Assembly (NCBI GenBank): GCA_965249485.1
Contig: OZ252239.1
Span: 352,001 to 416,000 of the forward strand
Source: a bacterium
GTDB lineage: Bacteria > SM23-31
Direction: 5' to 3'
Length of the DNA stretch: 64,000 bases
The position numbers and the translations under genes were made by a program. Under the pieces are notes generated by a model that worked only from the letters and a program-made list of their open reading frames with translations, was not told where the DNA came from and made no database searches. Positions within the stretch are counted from its first letter, which is position 1, and each line of letters starts with the position of its first letter. Positions 29,151 through 39,726 of the stretch are shown in pieces.

Positions 29151-29837
29151 ATGCTTCGCATAATCCGCTTTATCATTCTTTTTTCTGCATTGTGCTGCAG
29201 CGGGGTGGTCTTTGCCCAACAGGCAGATGAGCCGGTTTCGAGAACATACCCGATCAGGTTTAAAACGGTTCAGGAATTTCAGCCGTTAGTGCAAGCATTG
29301 CTATCCAATAGGGGGCAGATAGAAGCCTCTGAAGGGTTGAATATGTTTGTCGTCAGGGATCTTCCGGTGAATCTCGATCAAGTTGATAGCCTTTTTACCC
29401 ATTTTGACCGGCCTACTCAGCAATTTATGGTTGAGATCCATCTTTTACTAGGTTCTGATGATCCGGAGGCTTTATCGGCGCCGGACAGCATGCAGGTGCA
29501 CGAATTACTCGACCCTCTCTATTATTTTTCCAAATACGAAGAGTTGGACAGGGCGTATATTCGGACAGAAGAAAATATTCTGACAACATTTTATTTTGCT
29601 GCCGGACAGTTCAATGCCGCACTGCAGGTCGATTATATCGCCGGCGCAAACCAACCGATCCGGTTTCGACAGTTTATGCTCAATGAATCAGTTCGCGATA
29701 TCAGTGGCCTTTTTCTAAGACCTGTATATTTGTCATCAGGTGAGATTGCAGAAAATGTAAAACAAATATTTGCAGCGGTCAAACACCAGCAGACGGGCAA
29801 AACACTTATCATAGCCGTAACAGCGCACCGCATCTAA
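29151..29837 (+). CDS. Secreted protein with a secretin N-terminal (NolW-like) domain and no full secretin barrel
   Basis: Signal peptide ending VFA-QQ; RTYPIRFK...LVQALLS.RG.I....N.FVVRD.P.NL..V..L...FDRP.QQ..VEI. Strong SD TAAGGAG. Confidence 0.7.
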   Translation: MLRIIRFIILFSALCCSGVVFAQQADEPVSRTYPIRFKTVQEFQPLVQALLSNRGQIEASEGLNMFVVRDLPVNLDQVDSLFTHFDRPTQQFMVEIHLLLGSDDPEALSAPDSMQVHELLDPLYYFSKYEELDRAYIRTEENILTTFYFAAGQFNAALQVDYIAGANQPIRFRQFMLNESVRDISGLFLRPVYLSSGEIAENVKQIFAAVKHQQTGKTLIIAVTAHRI

Positions 29838-29855
29838 TCAATTCAAACTTTTCTT

Positions 29856-30887
29856 CTATACTAAAAATTCATCTGCTTTTTTCAAGTACGTTGCATCGTA
29901 GATCAGCTTAAGCAGTAACGAACTCCGGTGGATTTTTACATCGACATCAAGATAGTAACACGGGGCATCTTCAGGTATCCACTTCTTCATTTTGTGCCAA
30001 TCTTTTTCGGTTGTCAGCAAATAATCAGCTGATGAAGATTTGAATTTTCGCATGATACGGCAAACTTTCCACCGTGAATACTGCGCATGATCATTGTAGA
30101 AAAAGGTCCTGCTTACATATGAGCCGGTATTTTCGACCGTATGCTTAAAATAGTCCGGTTTTCCTACGCCAGCGACAAGCCATATTGTCTTCTTGTCAAG
30201 TACCGATGCGGGAAGGGAGCTATTGACATTCCTAATTGAAACCGATTTATATGCCGACCGAAACACAGGACAAGAAAATGTTTTTACCATTCTTTTCAGA
30301 ATTTCGGGTGCGTTTTCGTAGCTATCATACTTCGTAAACACCACAACATCCGCTCTGCGTAAATTTTTCAGTGGTTCCCGTGTCAGTTTAGCACCATTGA
30401 GCGTTTCCGGCGAATCGATGAGAACAATATCGACATGTCGAGCAATTCTTCTATGCTGGAAGCCGTCATCAAGCAATATGACATCCGGCTTAAACCGCTT
30501 AATCGCTTTAGAAGCGCCTTTGACTCTATTGCGGCTCACAACGACCGGGACACCTTTGAGCTTGCTGGCCATTAAATATGGTTCATCTCCGGCATGGCGC
30601 CGTCCGATACGGACTTTTTCTGTATCGCTGACAATCTTCGTGAAATAACTTTTGCGTTTGTATCCCCGGCTGAGAATGACTGGCTGAAATCCCGCTTTTT
30701 GCAATTCCTGCGCAATCCAAATAACCAGCGGTGTTTTCCCTGTGCCGCCAAAGGAGATGTTCCCAATACTTACTACCGGCACTGATACCTCTACGGTCCT
30801 GAAAATACCGTGAGTATAGAAGTAATTTCTGATCTGGACAATGGTATGAAATATTGGTTTTACTAACCGTTCTACAACGTTTATCAT
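29856..30887 (-). CDS. lpxK: Tetraacyldisaccharide 4'-kinase
   Basis: PVVSIGNISFGGTGKTP, ILSRGY, GDEP, LDDGFQH, TTEKD. Confidence 0.96.
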   Translation of the reverse strand: MINVVERLVKPIFHTIVQIRNYFYTHGIFRTVEVSVPVVSIGNISFGGTGKTPLVIWIAQELQKAGFQPVILSRGYKRKSYFTKIVSDTEKVRIGRRHAGDEPYLMASKLKGVPVVVSRNRVKGASKAIKRFKPDVILLDDGFQHRRIARHVDIVLIDSPETLNGAKLTREPLKNLRRADVVVFTKYDSYENAPEILKRMVKTFSCPVFRSAYKSVSIRNVNSSLPASVLDKKTIWLVAGVGKPDYFKHTVENTGSYVSRTFFYNDHAQYSRWKVCRIMRKFKSSSADYLLTTEKDWHKMKKWIPEDAPCYYLDVDVKIHRSSLLLKLIYDATYLKKADEFLV

Positions 30888-30915
30888 GCTTGCTATCCTA
30901 AATGTGTATCCTTTG

Positions 30916-31611
30916 TCATATAATTCTCTTCATTGTTTTTTTTGTGAAAAATGACTCTGCCGTAGCATCGAGCCGGTGGAGTTCCTGCTCAACAAAAGCC
31001 CGTTTATCATCTAAATCGTCATTTGGAATCTCCTGATCGATACGAATCGGCTCACCATAGATCATAACACACCGTACGAACGGCTTCACAAAAAGGAATT
31101 TATCCCAACTTCTGAGAAATTTTGGCCTGCTCGTACAAACCGAAACAGGCAGTATTGGCACACCAGTACGGTGTGCAAGTGCTACAGCACCAATTTTCAT
31201 CTCCCGGTAAGGTCCTTTCGGGCCATCGGGAGTTATTGCTATCTGGGCCTGGGATTGAAACAGTCGGGACATTTCGACTATTGCACGTGCACCGCCCCGT
31301 GTTGTTGACCCCCGTACCAGTCCGTAACCGAGACTTTTGAGAATGTGAGCAATGATTTCACCATCGCCGTGTTCACTGACGAGGACAATGATTCCTTCAT
31401 TAATATGCCGCATCATCGGGATTATCATATTACCATGCCAGAAAACCATAATGTATCTGCCACCATCGGCCATTAATTTTTCCCGGTGTTCCTCGCCGAT
31501 CATTTTGAGACCAACAGTTATTTTCAATAACCGTATAAACAGCCCACCAACATGCGCCCCCAACCATAAATAAAACCGATGTTTCAATGACATTTTCTGT
31601 TGTTCGCTCAT
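30916..31611 (-). CDS. DUF374 lysophospholipid acyltransferase family protein
   Basis: FWHG, LVSEHGDGEII, VRGSTTRGG, ITPDGPKGP, SWDKF..KPF; adjacent to lpxK. Confidence 0.88.
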   Translation of the reverse strand: MSEQQKMSLKHRFYLWLGAHVGGLFIRLLKITVGLKMIGEEHREKLMADGGRYIMVFWHGNMIIPMMRHINEGIIVLVSEHGDGEIIAHILKSLGYGLVRGSTTRGGARAIVEMSRLFQSQAQIAITPDGPKGPYREMKIGAVALAHRTGVPILPVSVCTSRPKFLRSWDKFLFVKPFVRCVMIYGEPIRIDQEIPNDDLDDKRAFVEQELHRLDATAESFFTKKTMKRII

Positions 31612-31637
31612 AACATTCCAATCGATGCAATTCTGAA

Positions 31638-32555
31638 CTAATCCTTTACAGCTTCTTTTGTAATGTGTCCACTATCTGAAATGGTTTGAATCATATCGAT
31701 CATTGTTGCGATGTCGAGAATATTATGGTGGAGTACGCGCTTGATGTCAGCTGCATTCCCGGTTTGGACAAACTCTCTGTATACCTGCGGGATGTCACTA
31801 CCCGAAATATCACCCGTCCTTTTTCTATTTAAAATATATTTTTCAAATGTTTGTAGTTTACAGTTTGGCATTTGCGACTGGTAGAATCTCCTGACTTCGA
31901 ATAACAGGTCAAGATGAGCTATATCGGAGCGAATCGGGACACGATTTTCTGTTCCCCGCCCCAGAATAAACGGTAGATCGAACGATTTTCCATTGAACGT
32001 AACAAGCAAATCGTACTGTGAAAACAAAGATGCAAAAAATGACAGAAGTGGACGTTCCTCCTGCAGATGGCGCGTAAAAAGCTGTAATAACGCAAAATTT
32101 TCACCCGTAAAATAAGCACATCCAATAAGAAAGAGCGGTGAAGACGATAATCCGCATGTTTCAATATCAAGAAACAGTATCCTGGAAGGATGTACGGTAG
32201 CAAGATATGAAACAGACTGTGCATGCTGCGATTGTGATGGAGCAACTGGATACGATTTCAGTACTGCCGGAAATGACTTGATTATTTTTTGCGCATTATC
32301 AACACAATCTGATAACCAATGTTTAATGAGAAGAAAATCTCCTAAGTCCGTCTGTGTGAGGGTACCGGGAGCAGCTTCTTCTAATGCAATATATTGTGCG
32401 CTCTTTTTGCAAATTTCAATAGCAGGCTCACCTACTGATTCCGATGAATGAATATCATGAGATTGCTGATAATTTATTCTTTCAACCTTCGGTGGATGCT
32501 TTAGAGAATCGCGATTTAATTGTTCAAGCCGTTCGAGTGCTTTTCTGGTTACCAT
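31638..32555 (-). CDS. YprB-like RNase H-fold (RNase_H_2) exonuclease
   Basis: FLDIETCGL, VTFNGKSFDLP, HLDLL, CKLQT.E, R.GDI.GS.IP..Y, HNILD. Confidence 0.88.
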   Translation of the reverse strand: MVTRKALERLEQLNRDSLKHPPKVERINYQQSHDIHSSESVGEPAIEICKKSAQYIALEEAAPGTLTQTDLGDFLLIKHWLSDCVDNAQKIIKSFPAVLKSYPVAPSQSQHAQSVSYLATVHPSRILFLDIETCGLSSSPLFLIGCAYFTGENFALLQLFTRHLQEERPLLSFFASLFSQYDLLVTFNGKSFDLPFILGRGTENRVPIRSDIAHLDLLFEVRRFYQSQMPNCKLQTFEKYILNRKRTGDISGSDIPQVYREFVQTGNAADIKRVLHHNILDIATMIDMIQTISDSGHITKEAVKD

Positions 32556-32835
32556 AGAAAATCATTACTTTGATTTAAGCATAATAATGTACACATTTCC
32601 ATGATTTAATTAAAGAAAAATTTTCAACTTTCATGCTCATAGGACAAAAGGAGTTGTAATATTATCTCATTGACCATATATATATATTTATTTTTCAAAT
32701 TAAATCTTATGAAACAGCCTTGCAAAAGTAAATTGAAAATCTCTTTCATTGCAAGATGAAAACTTAAACGGTTTACCCGCACTTTCCATTTGCAATTTTC
32801 CTAAAAAAAATCTACATTCGATGCAAAATTAATCA

Positions 32836-34158
32836 ATGAACATCACATTTATGAATTCCATCCAAAATTTACATACAACAATAGTACGAACAGCCCTTAT
32901 ACTTCTTCTATCTGTTTTCTTTATCAACTGTTCAACAATCGGGGGATATGTCCGCAGTAAACCTGATTCAGTGCCTGCAGATACTGCGCCTGCAGTCCGG
33001 ATGGACGGGTCAATTGAACTTGGTATCGATGTATTGCTGAACCGTGAAATCGGTCATCTGGCCGGTAAACGGGTTGGTTTGATAACCAATCAGAGTGGTG
33101 TGAACCGTAATTTCAAGTCTACTACCGACATTCTTTTTCAGCATGAAGCTGTTCTCTTGACTGCTCTGTTCGCTCCCGAACATGGTATCCGTGGCGATAT
33201 CCCTGCAGGGGAGCCGGTCGCGCAATACATTGACGAACTTACCGGGCTGCCGGTTTACAGCCTGTACGGTGCAATCAAAAAACCGACACTGGAGATGCTT
33301 GTCGATATCGATGTGTTGATTTTCGATATGCAGGACGTTGGTGTCCGTCCCTACACGTTTATTTCTACAATGGCACTTGCAATGGAAGCTGCTCGGGACG
33401 CTGAGATCGAATTTATCATTCTTGACCGCCCCAATCCCCTTGGGGGTGAACTTGTAGAGGGAAATGTCCTTGATCCGGATTTCAAATCGTTTATCGGACT
33501 TTATCCCATACCGTATGTTCACGGTATGACAGCAGGAGAACTCGCCTGGATGTTTAACCGGGAATTCGGGATTGGAGTAGAACTGCGAGTAATTCCGATG
33601 GAAGGGTGGCGCCGCACAATGATATTCAGAGACACAGGACTGGGCTGGGTGCCAACTTCTCCCCACATACCCGATTTGGAAACCGCACCGTATTATGCCG
33701 CAACAGGAAGCATCGGTGAATTGGGAACTCTGTCGGTAGGTGTCGGTTATACTATTCCATTTCGGCAAGTCGGGGCACCATGGATCAATGCACATAATCT
33801 TGCACAGAAACTCAATAGCCGCAAAATTCCGGGTATTACATTTAGACCGATGTATTGGCAGCAATTTTACGGAATCTTCAAGGGACAGCACATCGGAGGA
33901 GTTGAACTACATATTACAGACCAGCGCCTCTTCAATCCTTTTGCAGCGGGTATCCACATTCTCGATGCAATCGGCAACCTATATCCGGAACAGGAAATTT
34001 TTCCCGAAGACCATGCTTCTGGATTCAACCGTGCTACCGGCACCAATATGATTTTCAGTCGTCTGAAAGCGGGAGTGCCAGCGGATGTTATTATCGATGC
34101 ATATCAGGAATCGCTCAATAAATTCAAACGGCTCAGACAGAACTATTTACTTTACTAA
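32836..34158 (+). CDS. namZ: Exo-beta-N-acetylmuramidase NamZ (DUF1343), lipoprotein-like (start may be 32851)
   Basis: VGLITNQSG, LFAPEHGIRG, SLYG, FDMQDVG.R.YTF, LDRPNP, HGMT.GE, WVPTSPHIP, C-terminal YLLY. Confidence 0.92.
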   Translation: MNITFMNSIQNLHTTIVRTALILLLSVFFINCSTIGGYVRSKPDSVPADTAPAVRMDGSIELGIDVLLNREIGHLAGKRVGLITNQSGVNRNFKSTTDILFQHEAVLLTALFAPEHGIRGDIPAGEPVAQYIDELTGLPVYSLYGAIKKPTLEMLVDIDVLIFDMQDVGVRPYTFISTMALAMEAARDAEIEFIILDRPNPLGGELVEGNVLDPDFKSFIGLYPIPYVHGMTAGELAWMFNREFGIGVELRVIPMEGWRRTMIFRDTGLGWVPTSPHIPDLETAPYYAATGSIGELGTLSVGVGYTIPFRQVGAPWINAHNLAQKLNSRKIPGITFRPMYWQQFYGIFKGQHIGGVELHITDQRLFNPFAAGIHILDAIGNLYPEQEIFPEDHASGFNRATGTNMIFSRLKAGVPADVIIDAYQESLNKFKRLRQNYLLY

Positions 34159-34247
34159 GTTGATTTTATCACGTTTTTGATTATTATTGAATTACAGCGC
34201 CTTCGTGGATTTACGAAGGTAAGCAAATTTCCACTCAAGAGTTTTCG

Positions 34248-34718
34248 ATGAAGATTGCCGATATTCTACCTGCAGAAAATATTAAAATTCCACTCAAAGG
34301 CACAGCAAAGGATGAAATCATTGAAGAACTTGTTGAAGTTTTAACGGCTTCAAATCCTTCAGTCGATGGAAAAATTGTACTCAACGCTGTGATAGCACGT
34401 GAACAATCGATGAGTACCGGAATCGGCCATGGTGTTGCTATACCTCATGGCAAATCGAAAGGTGTAAAAGATATCGCTGCTGTACTTGGAATCGCTCCCG
34501 ACGGCATCGATTTCGAAGCGCTTGATGGGGAGGCGGTTTATTTGTTCATACTTATTGCAGCACCGGAAGGACCATCTGGTCCACATTTGCGCTATCTGAG
34601 TTTAATTTCCCGTCTTTTGAATCAGGAATCGTTTCGTACAAAATTAATCGGGTGTACGAGTCCGCGTGAAGCGCTTTCCCTGATTTCCGAAGGTGAACAT
34701 AATATTCTTTCGATGTGA
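34248..34718 (+). CDS. PTS EIIA (Ntr/fructose type) protein
   Basis: REQSMSTGIGHGVAIPHG phospho-His motif, IDFEALDG, HLRYLS. Confidence 0.92.
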   Translation: MKIADILPAENIKIPLKGTAKDEIIEELVEVLTASNPSVDGKIVLNAVIAREQSMSTGIGHGVAIPHGKSKGVKDIAAVLGIAPDGIDFEALDGEAVYLFILIAAPEGPSGPHLRYLSLISRLLNQESFRTKLIGCTSPREALSLISEGEHNILSM

Positions 34719-34818
34719 AATCTTTTTGAATTCATTGTGCATTACATGGATCATTGCACAAAATTCTCTTTTACCAAATACTGATTCTTTCAGACGCATA
34801 TAAATCGAAACTTTATTA

Positions 34819-35583
34819 GTGGAAACTCTCACAAAAAATAGACTGAAACTTCTTCGCCGTTATCTCCATAAAAAGCACAGAATAGCCGATGGCCAATGTC
34901 TTGTTGAGGGAGAAAAGCTGTGTCTCGAAGCTCTCAATAACAATTTCCCTATTGAAACGCTTGTGTATGCCAGAGGAACAGGAAAACAATTCCGGTATAT
35001 CATTGATCATCCCAACGTTCACACTTCATTCACGTCTCCTTTCGAGTCTCTTAAATCACTGTCAGTGGTTGATGCACCTCAGGGAGTGATCGGCCTTGTA
35101 ACGTTCAGGAAGCCACAGTATGATCCCGGTTTAGAGAAGCACCACAAACGGTATATCGTGTTTGACAGTATTGCCGATCCAGGAAACATCGGAACTCTGT
35201 TGCGTAGCGCATCCTGGTTCGGATGGGACGGAGTTGTGTGTGGAATAGGGTGCGTTGAGATCACTAACAGTAAAGTGATCCGGTCTTCGATGGGAGCGTT
35301 ATTTCACATTCCGGTTTGGGATCAGTGTCCATTGCAGGAAACGTTGACATCGCTTAAAAATGTCGGGTTTACTATCCTGGGGGCGACTCCGTATGACATT
35401 GAAATACAGAAAACGGATATACCTGACAGATTTGCACTCATAATCGGGAACGAATCGGACGGTCTGTCCGAGGATGTCAAAAACCTGTGTGATTCACTTA
35501 TTACAGTACCTGGCAGCGGCAAAGCGGAATCACTCAATGCCGCGGTCAGCGGCAGCATTCTAATGTATCAGTTCAGCACATGA
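34819..35583 (+). CDS. TrmH/SpoU family RNA methyltransferase
   Basis: VEGEK, DPGNIGTLLRSA, RSSMGA, IGNESDG, ESLNAAV. Confidence 0.93.
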   Translation: METLTKNRLKLLRRYLHKKHRIADGQCLVEGEKLCLEALNNNFPIETLVYARGTGKQFRYIIDHPNVHTSFTSPFESLKSLSVVDAPQGVIGLVTFRKPQYDPGLEKHHKRYIVFDSIADPGNIGTLLRSASWFGWDGVVCGIGCVEITNSKVIRSSMGALFHIPVWDQCPLQETLTSLKNVGFTILGATPYDIEIQKTDIPDRFALIIGNESDGLSEDVKNLCDSLITVPGSGKAESLNAAVSGSILMYQFST

Positions 35584-36473
35584 AAGGCGCATCAGTGACA
35601 AATAATGTTGAACCGGATAATCCTGATCAAGAACTTGAAGTGCAGGATGAAGTCAAAATAATACCATCGATGAAGGAGACAATCCTTGTCCTGTTTCTAA
35701 CTGTTGCGTTTATATTCCTAATTACAATTCTGTTTTTTGTACTGGGCAGAGTGTTTGACCTCGATCCAAATTATATGCTTCTCTCTGAAGCATTTATCAT
35801 TCTGCCTGCGGTCGTATTTGGGAAAATCAAAGGATATTCATTGAGAACAATTTTCCGGATCAACTCTGTAACCGGGCGGCAAATGCTGCTGACACTCATG
35901 ATCGGTTTTTCTCTGATTTTTATTATCAATGCTTTCGAAAACTGGCTGCAGGGCTTTCTCCAATCGCTCCATCAGTTTGACTGGCTTACTGCATTAAGAT
36001 CCGAATTTGAGATCGGATTGCTCGATTCACTTCAGATCAATTCAATCTACCGGTTCTTTTCGACTGTCTTTGCAGTGGTCATATTTGCTGCTGTCTGCGA
36101 GGAGATGTTGTTCAGAGGCTTACTACAGCAAACCTTCGAAAACAGATTGTCTAGAGGATGGGCAATCTTTCTAACTGCTTTTCTTTTTACTATTCTGCAT
36201 CCGTTTAGCCTGCTTCCTATACTCATACTCTCGATTTTTCTCGGAATTATGAGTTGGAGAAGCAATTCAATCCTGCCGACTATGGTTATTCACGGGATGA
36301 ACAACGGCATGTCACTCATTGCCGTGAATATTAGCGAAAACATCCAAACAAATCCCTCAGAAGCAATCCCAGTATCACCCGTATTGTTCGTACTCTCGCT
36401 CTTGATTTTCACAGCCAGTTTTATCCACTACTTCAAAATAACTCGGGTGGAGCAAGACGACTCCGACATTTAA
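35580..36473 (+). CDS. CPBP (Abi/CAAX) intramembrane metalloprotease
   Basis: CEEMLFRG, FTILH, IHGMNN; multiple transmembrane segments. Confidence 0.9.
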   Translation: MKGASVTNNVEPDNPDQELEVQDEVKIIPSMKETILVLFLTVAFIFLITILFFVLGRVFDLDPNYMLLSEAFIILPAVVFGKIKGYSLRTIFRINSVTGRQMLLTLMIGFSLIFIINAFENWLQGFLQSLHQFDWLTALRSEFEIGLLDSLQINSIYRFFSTVFAVVIFAAVCEEMLFRGLLQQTFENRLSRGWAIFLTAFLFTILHPFSLLPILILSIFLGIMSWRSNSILPTMVIHGMNNGMSLIAVNISENIQTNPSEAIPVSPVLFVLSLLIFTASFIHYFKITRVEQDDSDI

Positions 36474-36602
36474 AGACCGAATTCGGTACAATATTCTGAT
36501 TTTCAGTGCATTTCTATGAAGATATTGAAACTATCTGCCGACATTTAGGGTAGAATGTGTATACTGAAATATCTGTCACCATTTTGTTAGGAGTTATGAA
36601 CT

Positions 36603-37163
36603 ATGAAAATGAATACATTGAGCGTGTTTAAACTGTCGATTCTTTCCTGTGTACTACTCTTTTCCGCTCTGAGCTCATATTCTCAGGATAAACAATTTAT
36701 CAAACTATATGATCGCTATCTCGATAAAGATTTCGGATATTCAATATTGAAACCGGGAGACTGGAGCGACGGCATGCGTTCTGACGAGGAAGGGAGAAAT
36801 TACCGAGTGTTCAACGGTCCACGTGAAAAAGAAGACATATTAGAGCCATCTTTGAGCGTGATTATATCTGATGCGGATGAGAAAACAGTAGAACAATATA
36901 CAAATGACCTTCTGGTGAGTTATACGAAACTCTTTCTGGAATTCAAATTGGAGTCTCGTGAAACAATTTTAATTGACGGTGTGACGTTCGGTGATTTCAC
37001 CATTTCATTCGATATGGAGGATTCAACATACCGTATGAGGACGGTCTATACGATCGAAAACGATATGCTCTATCATCTTAACGCACTTGCACCGATAGAA
37101 TATTATGACCAGTACCGCGATACACTCAACGATATGATCGGTTCATTTACTGTTGTTGAATAG
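36603..37163 (+). CDS. Secreted PsbP/DcrB-like fold protein
   Basis: Signal peptide; FGYSILKPGDW (Y/F-S-x-x-x-P-x-x-W); C-terminal Y...LNDMIGSFTV. Confidence 0.65.
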   Translation: MKMNTLSVFKLSILSCVLLFSALSSYSQDKQFIKLYDRYLDKDFGYSILKPGDWSDGMRSDEEGRNYRVFNGPREKEDILEPSLSVIISDADEKTVEQYTNDLLVSYTKLFLEFKLESRETILIDGVTFGDFTISFDMEDSTYRMRTVYTIENDMLYHLNALAPIEYYDQYRDTLNDMIGSFTVVE

Positions 37164-37172
37164 GAAGAATAT

Positions 37173-38117
37173 TTACCGGAAGGTACCAGAGCCACTGTAG
37201 GATGTAACCCCGTAGTCCATAGCTACAGAAGCATTTCTAACCTGGGACTTGTAATTTCTCCAGAATATTTTGGTCTGACCATTCCAATGGCCCGACACGA
37301 GAAGGCGGGTAAGCGACACTATTGAGCTAACATAATTTCGCGTCTCTTTAAAGGAACCGCCGCTCTGTATCAATCCATTGTTGATATCATTCCAGCTGTT
37401 TCCCCATTCAGGCATCCATTTTGTAAACACGCGAGTTCTTCCTGCGTTATAAGACGCAAGTGCCAATTCGAGTTGGTCTGGATAGATATAATACTTTTGA
37501 AGCAGGTCACATAAATACTTTGAGCCACCGGTAATATTATCAGCAGGGTCTTTTGGATCGGCAACACCAATTGAGAGCGCCGTCACTTTACGAAGCTGCA
37601 TTGGTCCGAATGCGCCTTTTCTACTACTTGAATAGAGATTGTAATCGCTTTCGAAAGCACCTACTGAAAGGAGCAGCGAAATGCCGGGATTAAATGCATA
37701 TTGATGATCGTTAGGATGAATTTTACTTAATGAGTTTTTGTTCAGGCAGTATTCAATATGGCCGGCATTTTCAGAAAGTTGAGTGACCCAGAGCTTAATC
37801 TCCTCTTGTTGGAGATGAGGATTCACAGCGGATATGACTCTTTGAATTTTTTCCCGCTCAATATAAACCTCTGATATAATATTGTAGGCATCTTTTAGCC
37901 CAGCAATTTTATACTCCTCAAGAGCATATTGCTGCTTTAGATCATGTATGTCTTGTTCAAGATATTTCTGCTTCTGTTCTCCACTCAGCAGGGACATCCC
38001 GATCAGTACCACACCAAACACTAACAAACAGTAAAAGAGTTTCTTTCGAAACTCTTTCGCGGTCACAACCTCCACACAACTATTTTTATATACTAATATT
38101 GAATCTATTGACCACAT
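37173..38117 (-). CDS. Lytic transglycosylase (SLT domain) with an N-terminal TM and coiled coil
   Basis: FES, S.KGAFGPMQL, NITGGSKYL, ALASYNAG, ETRNYV. Confidence 0.88.
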   Translation of the reverse strand: MWSIDSILVYKNSCVEVVTAKEFRKKLFYCLLVFGVVLIGMSLLSGEQKQKYLEQDIHDLKQQYALEEYKIAGLKDAYNIISEVYIEREKIQRVISAVNPHLQQEEIKLWVTQLSENAGHIEYCLNKNSLSKIHPNDHQYAFNPGISLLLSVGAFESDYNLYSSSRKGAFGPMQLRKVTALSIGVADPKDPADNITGGSKYLCDLLQKYYIYPDQLELALASYNAGRTRVFTKWMPEWGNSWNDINNGLIQSGGSFKETRNYVSSIVSLTRLLVSGHWNGQTKIFWRNYKSQVRNASVAMDYGVTSYSGSGTFR

Positions 38118-38299
38118 ATATATATGTCCCCCAAGGACATTTCAATTCACGTATTACAAAAATAACTCTTAGAAAATCTCGTTAAATTTGCATTCAAAAT
38201 ATACTAAAGCCCATCCGACCTACAACACTTCCCAACCACGGCTTTATACTGATCATGTAACTCCTGAAAAACCTCCCGAATGGTGTCACACTATTGACA

Positions 38300-39553
38300 T
38301 CAGCGGATGAATTTCGCCCGTTCATCCGAAGTAGTGCTATGAATATAAGTAAATAAACGCTGGAACTCAACAATTAGTTTCATTTTTTTTCGAGCTACTA
38401 CATATTGTGCCGTTTCCCAGACATTATTCAATCTATATTCCGCAAAACCGTGCCGTCCACCCCATGAAAATGAGGGTATATATTTCGGCTGGAATCCGCC
38501 GCCGAAAATATTTGAACAGACGCCGACTACTGTGCCGGTATTGAACATTGTATTGATACCTGTTTTGCTGTGGTCGCCGATGTAAAGACCCGCAAACTGC
38601 GACCCAGTATCGACCTGCTCATCGTTCAGAAAAACCCTGACAGATTTATAATTATTTTTGAGATTACTGGTAGTTGTACCTGCACCGAGATTCACCCATT
38701 GGCACAGATAGGAGTGACCGAGAAAACCCTCATGCTGCTTGTTGCTGTGTGAATGAATTATCGACACGGTAACTTCTCCCCCAATTTTGCTGAACTCACC
38801 TATGCTTGTTCCCCCGTAAATTTTTGCTCCTGCTTTGATAACGGCATTTTTTCCTATGTAGGCAGGACCTTCAATAAATGAATTGGGCATTACCGTTACG
38901 CCCGATTCGATATAAACCGGACCTTCTTCAGCATCAATAACAACACCCGGTTCGATTTTTGTGTCGGTGCCGATATATATTTTTTCTTTGGCAAGAAGAG
39001 AACAGCCCTCATAAACGGTACCATCGATAGAGGGATCGCTGCAGAGGCGGGCAAAATCCGAAGTAATATATTCGCTGTTTTTATTGACGAGATCCCATGG
39101 ATAGCCGATACTGTCAATCTTCACTTTTATAGCAGGCAGCTTTGGAAACAGAGACTTCAATTCAAGTGGTTTTCCGGCATTTGACCTGACCGTCTTCACA
39201 CTTTTCGGGGAGAGAATTGCTGCTGCTACGGTATCATCCTTGCAGAAAAGACACTCGTCCTCTCTTTTGAGAAGCTGTGATAAAAAATTTTCATCGAACA
39301 GCAACCTGCCGTTAATGAATGTGTACCAGTCATCTTCAAACCTGTTCACCGGAATGCCTTCGGCTTCAGCGGAAACCGTTTCGACGAGATAATCTCTGCA
39401 GTGATAGACAACATGTTCAGACTGACAGGCATGCAATATTTTTTCTGCGAGATTGGTAATCCCGCATTTGAGAAAATATACCGGCCTCATCCAAACCAAA
39501 GGAAGAAGGTTCCGGTACCGGCTGTCTTCAAATATACATAGATTCATAAGCAA
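38300..39553 (-). CDS. GlmU-like putative sugar nucleotidyltransferase (NTP_transf_4 plus hexapeptide repeats)
   Basis: LCIFED....LLPL...RP...L.CG, INGR, PWDL, KIGGEV, SNKQHEGFLGHSYL, NLGAGT..SNLKNNY. Confidence 0.88.
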   Translation of the reverse strand: MLMNLCIFEDSRYRNLLPLVWMRPVYFLKCGITNLAEKILHACQSEHVVYHCRDYLVETVSAEAEGIPVNRFEDDWYTFINGRLLFDENFLSQLLKREDECLFCKDDTVAAAILSPKSVKTVRSNAGKPLELKSLFPKLPAIKVKIDSIGYPWDLVNKNSEYITSDFARLCSDPSIDGTVYEGCSLLAKEKIYIGTDTKIEPGVVIDAEEGPVYIESGVTVMPNSFIEGPAYIGKNAVIKAGAKIYGGTSIGEFSKIGGEVTVSIIHSHSNKQHEGFLGHSYLCQWVNLGAGTTTSNLKNNYKSVRVFLNDEQVDTGSQFAGLYIGDHSKTGINTMFNTGTVVGVCSNIFGGGFQPKYIPSFSWGGRHGFAEYRLNNVWETAQYVVARKKMKLIVEFQRLFTYIHSTTSDERAKFIR

Positions 39554-39726
39554 TTCCGATTTACTTACACGGGCTGTGCCTGATTAAAGGTTGAAGATTA
39601 AATGAAGTAAATGTACCTATTACTGATTCCATCTGCAAGCCGTTTATGAAAGGAAATGTATTGATTTTCTACAATGTGTTACCTATTATTTGAACTGAGG
39701 TTAATCAATTGTATGCAGGCTTCTCT

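Noticed and set aside
38120..38299. Possible riboswitch upstream of the lytic transglycosylase (aaagcc...ggcttt stem)
   Set aside because: I could not match the conserved core of any riboswitch class; an Infernal/Rfam search would be needed.
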